Of a DNA stretch of 64,000 nucleotides, positions 19,987 through 28,938 are shown piece after piece (the stretch's first letter is position 1; every line of letters begins with the position of its first letter). The notes under the pieces are model-generated. The model was not told the DNA's origin, searched no databases, and worked only from the letters and a program-made list of their open reading frames with translations. The DNA is from Candidatus Latescibacterota bacterium (GTDB lineage Bacteria > Latescibacterota > UBA2968 > UBA8231). The position numbers and the translations under genes were made by a program. Location: the NCBI GenBank assembly GCA_965248355.1, contig OZ252098.1, positions 3,488,001 through 3,552,000 of the forward strand. Reading direction: 5' to 3'.

Positions 19987-20655
19987 TCACCAGAATCCAA
20001 GAGAAAGGGAGAGGCCCATGGTCTCGAGCCACACATACATCAGGCTGACACCGTATTGGGCGGCGAAATAGTTCAGCAACAGATGTCCCCGGTCGCCATC
20101 GTACATCGGTCGAAGTGAAAAGCCCTTGCCCAGTTCAACCCCCGCGCCAACGGGGAGATTGAACTTCCCATCCCATTCCGAATAGTTCAGACTGCCGTAG
20201 AGGGACGTGCGCACCCAGGGTATGTACTTGCTGACAGTGGCGAACCAGGACTGCTCTCCCGCCGGCGAGCCGATTCGATCCGAGCTCGTGCCCAGGAAGA
20301 GCGCAGGACGCCTCTCCGTCTCGGTCAGCAGGAACAGGGTCGCAAGCGGTCCCGCCTCTCTGGCCTTGGGATTCACCTCGACGCCGACCTGCAGGCGTTC
20401 GTGCAGGCGGTAGTTGGCGGTGAACCGCCACTGGGGACGGTCCATTGAGGTATCAACATACCGTCCCGATAGCGTGACCTTCCTGTGAATGCCGCTCCCC
20501 CGGAGCGGTGCGCCTTCGCCGGGTCAGCCCACTCAGGTGGGCGTCATCGAGAAGACCGGCCGTTCGCTCCGCGTAGAGTCCTCTGGCGCTTCCAGGGCAA
20601 GGACAGGCGACGTGCCCAGGTATGGGAATAGAAGAAACAGGAGACTGAATCTCAT
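19987..20655 (-). CDS. Putative selenoprotein with UxxU motif: signal peptide plus beta-barrel-like domain (222 aa)
   Basis: ATG 20655 with RBS GGAG; MRFSLLFLLFPYLGTSPVLA...TPT-TGA-GTG-GGC-TGA-PGEG... in frame with ORF 19987..20445; SECIS-like hairpin follows. Confidence 0.75.
20492..20508 (-). promoter_or_regulatory. Candidate bacterial SECIS hairpin
   Basis: CCGCTCC-GGG-GGAGCGG; loop starts 22 nt after the second UGA and 31 nt after the first. Confidence 0.6.
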
Positions 20656-20686
20656 CAATGATGCTCCGCTGTGTGGAAGAGTCCGT

Positions 20687-21490
20687 TCATGGTTTGTTGA
20701 GGGACGCGCCCTTCGCCTCCCGCCGCCGCCTCGCCGCCTCCCGTTCCCCCTCGCGCCAGGCCCGGTACGCGGGCGTGTCCACGTGGTCGTGCAGAGTCGC
20801 CCGCGTGCGGTAGGGGACGTAGCTGCCGATGTGCCACAGGGTATTCCGGTAGAGGCAGAAGTCCCCGGCCCCCAGGTGCAGCTGCCGGGCGCCGGGCAGG
20901 GACCGGCAGTACTCCAGGCAGGCGCGCTCCCGCTCCGTCGAGGTGAGACCGTCCAGCTCCGGCCGGGGCACGGGCCGTTCGGGGAAGCGCGCCGCCTCCC
21001 GGGGCAGGTCGGGCCGCAGGTGGGACCCGGGCACCACCCAGGTGGAGGAGTCCTCGTAGAGGGCGCAGTTCAGCTGGTTGAAGAGCGCCGGGTCGCGGTA
21101 GTCGGCCTCCCAGCGCTCGCGGTCGAGGTCGATCACGTTGTCGCGCCAGTCACGGTGCCAGTGGGTGCACCAGGGCTCGTCGGCCGGCTCCAGCAGCACG
21201 CCGAGTTCGCGCCGGCCGTAGGTGTGCTCCGGCGACAGGGTCCGGTGGACGGCGTCCACCAGCTCGGGAAGCTCGGCGAAGTCGGTGAAGGGCCCGTGGT
21301 CGAGATCGTACTCGAAGACCGGCTGCAGACGCTGGGCCTGAGGGCCGGAGCGCTCGCGGGCCAGCTCCCGGGCCCGCCGGCAGACGCGGCGCAGGTCGGA
21401 CAGCAGCGACGGCGGCAGGATCCCGGCGAAGACCGTGTACCCCAACATGCCGTGCTCCTCGATGTGGCGCTCGCTCCAGGTCCAGGACAT
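20687..21490 (-). CDS. PhyH-family dioxygenase
   Basis: WHRD, VVPGSH, AGDFCLY and LWH. Confidence 0.85.
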   Translation of the reverse strand: MSWTWSERHIEEHGMLGYTVFAGILPPSLLSDLRRVCRRARELARERSGPQAQRLQPVFEYDLDHGPFTDFAELPELVDAVHRTLSPEHTYGRRELGVLLEPADEPWCTHWHRDWRDNVIDLDRERWEADYRDPALFNQLNCALYEDSSTWVVPGSHLRPDLPREAARFPERPVPRPELDGLTSTERERACLEYCRSLPGARQLHLGAGDFCLYRNTLWHIGSYVPYRTRATLHDHVDTPAYRAWREGEREAARRRREAKGASLNKP

Positions 21491-21491
21491 G

Positions 21492-22199
21492 TCAGCCCAT
21501 CTTCAGGGAGATCCAGCCGGTCACGAGCTCGACCATTGGGGCCGGATCGTCGCTGAAGACGTGATCAGCGCCGGTCTCCGCCACCAACTCCGCCCGCGGG
21601 GAGACGATGTCCTGCGAGTCCTGCAGCGGGACAACGTCGTCCTCGGTCCCGTGATAGAGCAGCCACGGCACGGTGACGGCGGCGCCCTTGTCCACGACCG
21701 AGCCGATGGCCGCCATGTCCCGCATCCAGGCGCTGGATAGCGGGCAGTCGGGCTCGTCCCACATGCAGCCCTCGTCGGGCGTGACGTCGCCGAACTCGCG
21801 CTCGGCGAAGGCCCGGGTGTGGACCATGCCGGCCAGGGAGACGAGCCAGCCGATGCGGCGGTCGAAGCTCGCCCGCAGCACCCCCACGGCCCCGCCCATG
21901 CTGTGGCCGACGTAGCACAGGGGCCGCTCGCCGACAGCGGCGAGGACGCTGCCCAGATCGTCGACCTCCTTGGAGATGGTGCAGTCGGCGAAGCGTCCCT
22001 CGGAGTCGCCGTTGCCGGCGAAGGAGAACCGCAGGGCGTGGATGCCGGCCGCCGACAGCCCCTCGGCCAGGGCCGCCACGAAGGGCCGGTCCTTGTTGCC
22101 GGTGACGCCGTGGCCGATGACGACGAGGCCCTCGCCGCGGCCGTCGTGAACGGTGTAGTCGAGCCTCTCGCCCCGGGCGTTGCGGATCTCGCCGAACAT
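21492..22199 (-). CDS. Alpha/beta hydrolase
   Basis: GHSMGG nucleophile elbow, HGTEDDVVP and ADH. Confidence 0.88.
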   Translation of the reverse strand: MFGEIRNARGERLDYTVHDGRGEGLVVIGHGVTGNKDRPFVAALAEGLSAAGIHALRFSFAGNGDSEGRFADCTISKEVDDLGSVLAAVGERPLCYVGHSMGGAVGVLRASFDRRIGWLVSLAGMVHTRAFAEREFGDVTPDEGCMWDEPDCPLSSAWMRDMAAIGSVVDKGAAVTVPWLLYHGTEDDVVPLQDSQDIVSPRAELVAETGADHVFSDDPAPMVELVTGWISLKMG

Positions 22200-22214
22200 G
22201 GGTCGTCCCTTCCT

Positions 22215-23291
22215 TCAGCCGCTGCGCACGACGATGTCGCGGTCGGCGCCGGACAGGGGCAGCTCCACCCAGGCGCCGCCGGCGCGGTGGGAGGCGTGGA
22301 AGGCGACGATCGCCTCCAGGGTGCGCACGGCTTCGGAGGCGTCGTAGGAGAACGGCCCCGCCCCGTCGAGCCAGTCGACGATCTCGGCCACGGCGCGGTC
22401 CATGCCGCTGTCGGCGGAGTCGTCGGGCAGCAGCTCGCGGTCGTCGCCGCGCACGATCTCGATGTCGCGCTGGCGGCAGACGGCGTAGCCCTCGGTGCCG
22501 TGGTAGCGGTGGCGCGCCGGCGCGGTGCCGTAGTCGGCGCCGTCAACCGTGCAGATCAGGTCCCCGCTCGGCCCCTCGCCGTCCCAGGGCAGGTCGCGCC
22601 CGAGGCGCAGCAGGCCCCAGCCGCCGGGATCGGCGAAGTCGGACCCGCGGCAGTCGGGTTTCCCCGACAGGTCGAGGGTGCCCGAAACCGCCGTCACCGG
22701 CAGGCCGGTGACCATCTGCAAGCCGTCGAACTGGTGCGTGCCCACGTTGCCGAGGCGGCCGGAGGTCCACTGGAGCGAGGCCGAGGTCAGGGTGCCGAGG
22801 GCGCCTTCGGCGATGCGGTCCCGCAGCTTCCGGTAGCCGGGGTGGAAACGCAGGTTGTGGTTGACCAGCAGCAGGGTCCCGGCCCTGGCGCAGGCGGCCA
22901 GCATCGCCTCGGCCTCGGTCAGGGTCGCCGCCACCGGCTTCTCGCAGTAGATGGCGCGGACGCCTGCTTCCACCGCCGCCTCGGTGATCTCGGCGTGGGC
23001 GGGGGTGTAGGTGGCCACCGAGAGGATGTCGAGGGGCGCCGCCTCGCGCAGCATCTCGCCCCAGTCGGCGAAGACGGGCGCCCCGTAGCTGGCGTGGAAG
23101 CGCTCCCGGCGGCCCTCGTCGCGGCTGCTGCCGCCGACCACATCGACCCGGGGGTGGCCGCGCAGGGCCGCCACGTGGGTGCCGTCGAGGTCGACCACGC
23201 GCTGGCCGACGCCGTCGCCGGAGACCTGGTCGGCGCCCCCGATGAAGCCCAGCCCCACGATCGCCGAGCGGTACCTCGTCTCTGCGGACAT
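22215..23291 (-). CDS. Gfo/Idh/MocA oxidoreductase
   Basis: GLGFIG, CEKP and GTHQFD. Confidence 0.88.
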   Translation of the reverse strand: MSAETRYRSAIVGLGFIGGADQVSGDGVGQRVVDLDGTHVAALRGHPRVDVVGGSSRDEGRRERFHASYGAPVFADWGEMLREAAPLDILSVATYTPAHAEITEAAVEAGVRAIYCEKPVAATLTEAEAMLAACARAGTLLLVNHNLRFHPGYRKLRDRIAEGALGTLTSASLQWTSGRLGNVGTHQFDGLQMVTGLPVTAVSGTLDLSGKPDCRGSDFADPGGWGLLRLGRDLPWDGEGPSGDLICTVDGADYGTAPARHRYHGTEGYAVCRQRDIEIVRGDDRELLPDDSADSGMDRAVAEIVDWLDGAGPFSYDASEAVRTLEAIVAFHASHRAGGAWVELPLSGADRDIVVRSG

Positions 23292-23315
23292 CGCTCCTTC
23301 TCCTCTGTAATGGAT

Positions 23316-24479
23316 TCAGGTTTCCGCCTCGCCGCCGAGACCGAGGACGCGGGCGCAGGCGCCGCCCATGATCGCGGCCCGGTCTTCGGCGGAGAGGAAC
23401 TCGCAGTACTCCTCGATCCAGCGGCGCGACTGGCGGTAGGTGCAGAACCGGTTCTGGAAGGGCATGTCCGTGCCCCACAGCAGCCGCCCCGCCCCGATGC
23501 GCTCCACCATCTGCTCCAAAGTCGGCCACACCTCCCGGTAGGGGTAGTCGAAGAGGTCGCCCAGGCGCACGGGGAAGCAGACCTCCAGGCTCAGGTTGGG
23601 GTTGTCGAAGGGCGCCCAGACCCCCTCGGGCAGCTCGACCCGCGTCGGGGAGCCCGAGGGCTCGTCGTCGAGGAACAGGCGCCACGGGAAGCCGTGGGTG
23701 AGGCTGCAGAGCACCTCCGAGTAGCGGTCCATCCAGCGCGCCAGGATGCCCAACTCGGCCAAGTAGCCGCGGCGCCGGCTCTCCAGACCCTGGGACACCG
23801 AGGCCTCGCCGGGACCGGTGCCGAGGGTGAAGAACACGGGCACGCCGAGCCCGGCCACGGCCTCCCAGAACGGCCGCAGGTGCTCGCCGTCCCACGGGTC
23901 GGAGCGGTAGTAGTAGGCGTGGGGCGGGTTGAACTTGATGGCGTGCAGGCCGTGCTCCTCCACGGCGGCCACGGTCTCGGCGATGACCGCGTCCAGCTCA
24001 CCGGCCAGCCGCCACTCGTCCACGGGAGCCATGGAACAGATGCGCCCGGGATCGGCGGCCACCGCCTCGGCCTGGAAGGCGGGATCGCGGCCGAGCATGG
24101 CGTCCACGTGGAGCAGGACCTTGTCGACGCCGGCGTAGTCCATCTCGGCGATCAGGTTGTGTGGCGTGTACTCCAGATGCGCCAGGTTGGGCGGGTAGAA
24201 CTGCTTGGTGTAGTCCTCGCCGCCGAGGGTCCACACGACCCGCCCCTTGTCGTGATCGACGCGGAAGTCGACGTCGGGCAGGTTGTCGAAGTCCATGACG
24301 CCGCCGGGGGCGGCCAGCACCTCCGAGGAGGCCGGCGCGCGGTCGCGGATGCGCCAGGCCGGCTGGTGGTGGGAGGCCTGGCCTCCCTGGACCCACTTCA
24401 GGTGGTCGGGGGCCGAGGCGTGGCCGGCGGCCGAGTCGGCGGGCGGGAAGCAGTAGGCGTGGGAGTCGATGATGCTCAC
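23316..24479 (-). CDS. Amidohydrolase_2 family protein
   Basis: IIDSHAY, LTHG and LLWGTDMP; GTG start overlaps the upstream stop. Confidence 0.8.
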   Translation of the reverse strand: MSIIDSHAYCFPPADSAAGHASAPDHLKWVQGGQASHHQPAWRIRDRAPASSEVLAAPGGVMDFDNLPDVDFRVDHDKGRVVWTLGGEDYTKQFYPPNLAHLEYTPHNLIAEMDYAGVDKVLLHVDAMLGRDPAFQAEAVAADPGRICSMAPVDEWRLAGELDAVIAETVAAVEEHGLHAIKFNPPHAYYYRSDPWDGEHLRPFWEAVAGLGVPVFFTLGTGPGEASVSQGLESRRRGYLAELGILARWMDRYSEVLCSLTHGFPWRLFLDDEPSGSPTRVELPEGVWAPFDNPNLSLEVCFPVRLGDLFDYPYREVWPTLEQMVERIGAGRLLWGTDMPFQNRFCTYRQSRRWIEEYCEFLSAEDRAAIMGGACARVLGLGGEAET

Positions 24480-25381
24480 GACAGTTCCCGCGTGAACTCG
24501 TAGGTCCAGTCCACGACCCGGAAGCCGTGGTTGGTATAGAACAGGAAGGCGCGGTCGTTGCGAAGGGCGGTGCTGATGGCGCCGTGGCGGTAGCCGCGCT
24601 CCCGGGCGAGGTACATGGCCTGCGCCAGCAGGAACCGTCCGAGCCCGTTGCCCTGGTGGTTCTCGTTGACGCCGAGCCAGTCGCAGAAGGCGAAGTCGTG
24701 GGCCTCGTCGGCGGGTGAGGACTCGGCGCCGCTGACCAGGACGCACTCGCCGATGCCCTCGCCGTCCTGGAGGGCCCGGAGCCGCAGTCCCGGGCGGCGG
24801 CCGGCGCCCGGGCGGTCCTCCACGCGCAGGTCGAAGTCCAGGCCCTCGGGGCCGGCGGCCGGCTCGGGCCGCATGTCGGGCCAGTCGAGGAAGACCTCGC
24901 CGCCCGAACGGGTGTAGCCGCGGAAGCGCACCAGGGCCTGCACGTGGTCGAGGCGGTCCGACAAGTAGGCGTGGGGGAAGGCGTAGAACGGGTAACGCCA
25001 GGACTGCGGCATGACGGCGCTGTGCCGCAGCTCCCGTTCGGCCATCCAGGATTCGGCCGCTGCAAGCAGAGCGTCTCCCAGGGCGCGCTGCCCGCGGCGG
25101 TAGGCGAGGAAGCGGATCACGCCCACCTCGTGCTCCTGCCACTTGTGGACCGCCTGCCGGCCGACGTGGACGAATCCGTCGGCTCCCGTGCCCGCCACGA
25201 GGACGGCCTGCTCGAGCAGCCTCACCCCCTCGAGCTCGACCTCGCCTTCCCGCAGCGTCCCGTCCAGGGCGGACGGCGCCACCGGCCAGCAGTGGGGGAC
25301 GCGGCCCACGACCAGCGCGTGGTAGAGGTCGAGGACGCCGGGCAGGTCGTCCGGATGATAGGGTCGGACCGGAATCGTCAT
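24476..25381 (-). CDS. GNAT acetyltransferase (tandem GNAT)
   Basis: V..HQGNGLG acetyl-CoA motif and FYTNHGF. Confidence 0.8.
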   Translation of the reverse strand: MTIPVRPYHPDDLPGVLDLYHALVVGRVPHCWPVAPSALDGTLREGEVELEGVRLLEQAVLVAGTGADGFVHVGRQAVHKWQEHEVGVIRFLAYRRGQRALGDALLAAAESWMAERELRHSAVMPQSWRYPFYAFPHAYLSDRLDHVQALVRFRGYTRSGGEVFLDWPDMRPEPAAGPEGLDFDLRVEDRPGAGRRPGLRLRALQDGEGIGECVLVSGAESSPADEAHDFAFCDWLGVNENHQGNGLGRFLLAQAMYLARERGYRHGAISTALRNDRAFLFYTNHGFRVVDWTYEFTRELS

Positions 25382-25657
25382 GGCGGCCAGAAAGAAGAGT
25401 ATGCGAGGCGGCGGGCTCAACTGCCGCTGCGGTCTCGAGCCGGGTGCAGATATTGCATCGGACTCCTCGTGCGGTCCTGCACACACTCCGGGTGCAGGAG
25501 TTCCCACGACCGGGGCCGGACACCGGGATCGTCGCCCGCCGCGCGGATGCCGGTGCCAGCAGCCGTGGAAATCTGAGATCCGTCTCAGGAATTGCCCGGG
25601 GGCCGTCCGAAGCCCCATATCGCCCGAACCAGCCGCAAAACTCCTCCCCAGTTCTCG

Positions 25658-25670
25658 CAAGTGATTGATT
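25658..25670 (-). promoter_or_regulatory. IHF-binding consensus site
   Basis: AATCAATCACTTG matches WATCAANNNNTTR. Confidence 0.4.
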
Positions 25671-25826
25671 GGGACGGGGTTGCGAGAGAGTTGCTGCGAC
25701 GGACCCGCCCCCTCGGAAGGGCCGTGGACCGATGCGTCACCTCCGGAGGCGCCGTGGGAAGGCCACCGCCGCCCCTTTCGGCGAACCTCCAGGGGCCGAT
25801 CGGCCTCGATCCGGGGCTCCAGAGGT

Positions 25827-25843
25827 CTGGCACGGGTTTTGTA
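25827..25843 (+). promoter_or_regulatory. Candidate sigma54 promoter
   Basis: CTGGCACGGGTTTTGTA versus consensus YTGGCACGRNNNTTGCW. Confidence 0.55.
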
Positions 25844-25891
25844 TGTGTTCTGGGGCGAGACTGAGTGCTGAGGCAGCGAAGGGAGGAAGCG

Positions 25892-26131
25892 ATGTCCAAC
25901 TACCGGTACGCAGGAGCCAACGGCAGCGCCGACGAGATCACCGTCATCGAGGACAAGGGCATGTTCGTCAAGGACGGAGACGGGAACTGGTCGCCGGGCT
26001 TCCAGTTCATCGACAGCCGCACGGTGAAGGCCCACCCCTTCATCATCGACGCCCTGATCCAGGATGCCGAACGCCTGTGGTCCCTGGACGAGATCCTCGC
26101 CGAGTTGGAGACCGGTACCCGCAAGTCCTGA
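25892..26131 (+). CDS. Small hypothetical protein (79 aa)
   Basis: RBS GGAGG, strongly GC-rich third codon positions, downstream GC hairpin at about 26147-26173. Confidence 0.75.
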   Translation: MSNYRYAGANGSADEITVIEDKGMFVKDGDGNWSPGFQFIDSRTVKAHPFIIDALIQDAERLWSLDEILAELETGTRKS

Positions 26132-26198
26132 GGTCCCGGGGCCTTCCTCCGGCCCGGCGCCGCCGGGCCGGAGCCGCGCCGGATCCAGCTCGCACCTT

Positions 26199-27242
26199 TC
26201 ACCCCCGCTTCACCATCGGCAGCATCTTCTTCCACGCCAGGTCGGCGTAGAACCGGTGCCCCTCGCCGCCCACCACTAGATGGCAGCGGTCCTCGGCCCC
26301 GGCGGCCTGGTAGATCTCCTTCAGTCGGCGGAAGGCCTTGCGCACCCCGCGGATGGGGAAGATGGCGTCCTCCCGGCCGGCCACGCAGACCACCGGCCGC
26401 GGCGCGAAGAGTCCCATCACGTCGGCCATCTCCGCATCCTGCAGCAGGCCCGGCACGTAGTTGTCGGCGCAGTGGTAGATGGACATGATCGAGTCGCGGA
26501 AGGTGCAGAAGTAGCAGGAAGGCATGGCGAAGCGCAGGCGCGGCAGGGTGGCGGCGGCGAAGAGGCTGATGGTCCCGCCCCCGGAGTTGCCCATGACGCC
26601 GACGCGCTTCCAGTCCACGTCCGACCGCGTCTTCAGGTAGTCGAGCCCCCGGTCGACGTCGAAGACCCGCTCGCCGATCAAGGTGCGGCCGAGCATCAGG
26701 GCGTGCATGGCCGCGTCGTGGCATCCGTGCTGGGAGATCCTCTCCTGGTGCTGCTCGCGGCGCTCGCCGAAGGAGCGCTGCTCGATGCACAGGGCGGCGA
26801 TACCCCGGCGCATGCAGCCCAGGCCGAAGTCGCGGTCCCCCGGCACCTCCATCTCCCGGGTCTCGTCCTCGCGCTCGACCCCGATCGAGAAGTGGGCTCC
26901 CGTCGTGTGGCCCTGGACGCAGACGAACCACGGGAGCGGCCCGTCCACACCCTCCGGCAGGCAGACATAGGCCATGACGTCGGCCCGAGGCTCCGCGCGG
27001 AAGAGGATCTTCTCGATCGTGCCCAACTCGTGCCGGCGCCTCCACAGGGAGCGCACCCGCAGGGGCTCGCGCTCACCCGAGGGCCATCCGATGCGCTCCC
27101 GCACCCGGCGGCGCAGCCGGCGCTGCCAGACCTTCAGGTCGCCGCCGTCGAAGGCGAGGGCCGGCTCCGTGCGATCCATGAGCCAGCGGTGGTGGAGAGA
27201 AGGCGAGAGCTGCGGAGCGGAGGAGCGGGGGCTTCTTGTCAC
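26199..27242 (-). CDS. Alpha/beta hydrolase (dienelactone hydrolase/esterase-like)
   Basis: GNSGGG, HCADNYVPG and GEGH; GTG start with RBS GGAG. Confidence 0.82.
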   Translation of the reverse strand: MTRSPRSSAPQLSPSLHHRWLMDRTEPALAFDGGDLKVWQRRLRRRVRERIGWPSGEREPLRVRSLWRRRHELGTIEKILFRAEPRADVMAYVCLPEGVDGPLPWFVCVQGHTTGAHFSIGVEREDETREMEVPGDRDFGLGCMRRGIAALCIEQRSFGERREQHQERISQHGCHDAAMHALMLGRTLIGERVFDVDRGLDYLKTRSDVDWKRVGVMGNSGGGTISLFAAATLPRLRFAMPSCYFCTFRDSIMSIYHCADNYVPGLLQDAEMADVMGLFAPRPVVCVAGREDAIFPIRGVRKAFRRLKEIYQAAGAEDRCHLVVGGEGHRFYADLAWKKMLPMVKRG

Positions 27243-27300
27243 GGCAAGGATCTCCGGGTGAAGCGGAGGAGCGGGCGATGGCGGTTGCGAGCCGGCGGCG

Positions 27301-28938
27301 CTACCCGGCTGGGCCGCCAGACCTGCCGGCCGCGGCCACTTCGTCGGCCGACAGGGAGCGGTCGTGGACGCGCACATCGGCGAGCCACCCCCGCAGACCC
27401 GCGTGGCAGCCGCCGCCGATGCGCAGCGGCACCCCGGCGTCCACGTCGTAGTCGCCGGGAGAAAAAGCCGCCGAGGGGCCGGTGGGCTCGCCGTCGACGA
27501 ACAGCTCCAGCCGCCCCGAGCGGCGCACCGCGGCCAGGTGGTGCCAGCCGGGGCTCAGCACGTCGTCGAAGGTCGCCATGGCGCCGGCGCGCAGGCTCCA
27601 CACCCGGCCGGAGGGCAGGGTGCCGGCGAACAGTTGTCCGTCGTACACGGACATGGACCACACCCGCCGCAGGGTCACGCCCGGAGTGGCGTCCAGGGTG
27701 CCCACGAAGGTGAAGGCGTCGCCGCCGCCGGCCGCCGGGTCGTGGCGGTAGACGCTGCCCATCGGCAGTCCCCCCACGTAGAGCTTCTGGTTGCACACGG
27801 CCATGGCCATGATCTCGCGCTCGTAGCCCGGCCGCGTCAACTCCGTCCAGCGTCCGTCCTCGCCGCGGCGGTGCACGGTGCCGACCGGCCAGGTGCCCAC
27901 GTGCAGGCGGTCGCCGTAGACCGCGGCCGAGTAGGTCTGGGTCGAGCCCTCCGGATGGCCCCACGGCTCCCAGCTCTCGCCCCCCGCGTAGCGCAGCACC
28001 GGCCCCCCGTTGACCAGGGCCAGCAGGTTCCCCTCGTAGACGGCGAAGGAGATGAGCCGCTCCCGGGGCCCGACGTAGCGCCAGTCCCGGCCGCCCTCGT
28101 ACACGAAGGCGCCGCGGCGGTGGAAGCTGGTGCAGTAGAGGCGCCCCTCGAAGACGGTCAGCGCCGAGGCCTGATCGGCCTTGCCCGTGTCATAGCCGGG
28201 CACCTCCACCTCCTCCGGCGTGGCGTCCTCCCCGCCCGGCCGCCCGCAGTCGACCCAGCCGCCGTCGCCGTCGACGCGCCACACCGTCCCGCCCGGCCGG
28301 CTGTTGCGCACCGGCCCCAGGGCGGAACCGAAGGGCATGTAGCGCCCGGTGCCGCAGTAGAGGCCGCCGTCGAAGCGCGCGATGGTATCGACAATGCTCG
28401 ACCCGTCCGGCGCTCCGCCGAGGTCGTGCCAGAGGTCGCCGCCGCCGTAGCGCCACAGGTGTCCGCGCTCGCCGGCCTCGATCTCGAAGGTGCCGGCGAA
28501 CAGGTCGCCCCCCGAGGTGTGCAGGGCGGCCACGTGCACGGCGGCGCCGGGGCGGCCGCGGTCGATCCACGGCGTGGGCTGCAGGATCAGGTCGCCCGCC
28601 GGCTCGGCGGCGTCGGGCAGCCGTCCCGCGTCGATGCCGAACTGAAGTCCGCGCAGATTCGCCTGGCTCGTGGAGGTGACGCCGCTGTTGCTGACGCAGG
28701 AGAGGGCGAAGCCGCGGCGCGACACGGGATCGAAGCGCGACACCAGGTCGCCCACGGTGCCGCCGTCGTCGTCGGCGTGCAGCCACAGATCGATGCTGAA
28801 GTCCCCGCTGCCCAGCGCCGGGGTATCCGCCGCCGGCAGGGTCAGGCCCTCGCCTCCGTCGAAGCGTCGCGCCCGCGCCGGCCCCCCCGGCGGCGCCTCG
28901 GTGTCGTCCAGCGGCAGGTGCAGGACCGGATCACTCAT
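27301..28938 (-). CDS. LamG/ConA-like domain protein with inserted beta-propeller
   Basis: N-terminal DFSIDLW and C-terminal WHHLAAVR...LFVDG...LADVRVHDRSLS flank repeats of the ..LYxGT type. Confidence 0.7.
   Translation of the reverse strand: MSDPVLHLPLDDTEAPPGGPARARRFDGGEGLTLPAADTPALGSGDFSIDLWLHADDDGGTVGDLVSRFDPVSRRGFALSCVSNSGVTSTSQANLRGLQFGIDAGRLPDAAEPAGDLILQPTPWIDRGRPGAAVHVAALHTSGGDLFAGTFEIEAGERGHLWRYGGGDLWHDLGGAPDGSSIVDTIARFDGGLYCGTGRYMPFGSALGPVRNSRPGGTVWRVDGDGGWVDCGRPGGEDATPEEVEVPGYDTGKADQASALTVFEGRLYCTSFHRRGAFVYEGGRDWRYVGPRERLISFAVYEGNLLALVNGGPVLRYAGGESWEPWGHPEGSTQTYSAAVYGDRLHVGTWPVGTVHRRGEDGRWTELTRPGYEREIMAMAVCNQKLYVGGLPMGSVYRHDPAAGGGDAFTFVGTLDATPGVTLRRVWSMSVYDGQLFAGTLPSGRVWSLRAGAMATFDDVLSPGWHHLAAVRRSGRLELFVDGEPTGPSAAFSPGDYDVDAGVPLRIGGGCHAGLRGWLADVRVHDRSLSADEVAAAGRSGGPAG

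Noticed and set aside
19978..19989. The stop TGA of the UxxU gene is in frame with the downstream YHS-TlpA gene (possible third readthrough or fusion)
   Set aside because: The spacer is a GGAGGA RBS, the downstream gene has its own signal peptide, and the upstream protein ends in a barrel-type aromatic terminus
23316..25523. Long ORF-track N-terminal extensions (735-aa amidohydrolase, 855-aa LamG, 805-aa FlgD protein) as fusions
   Set aside because: The extensions are Arg/Pro/Gly-rich off-frame readings of neighbouring genes; better starts exist downstream
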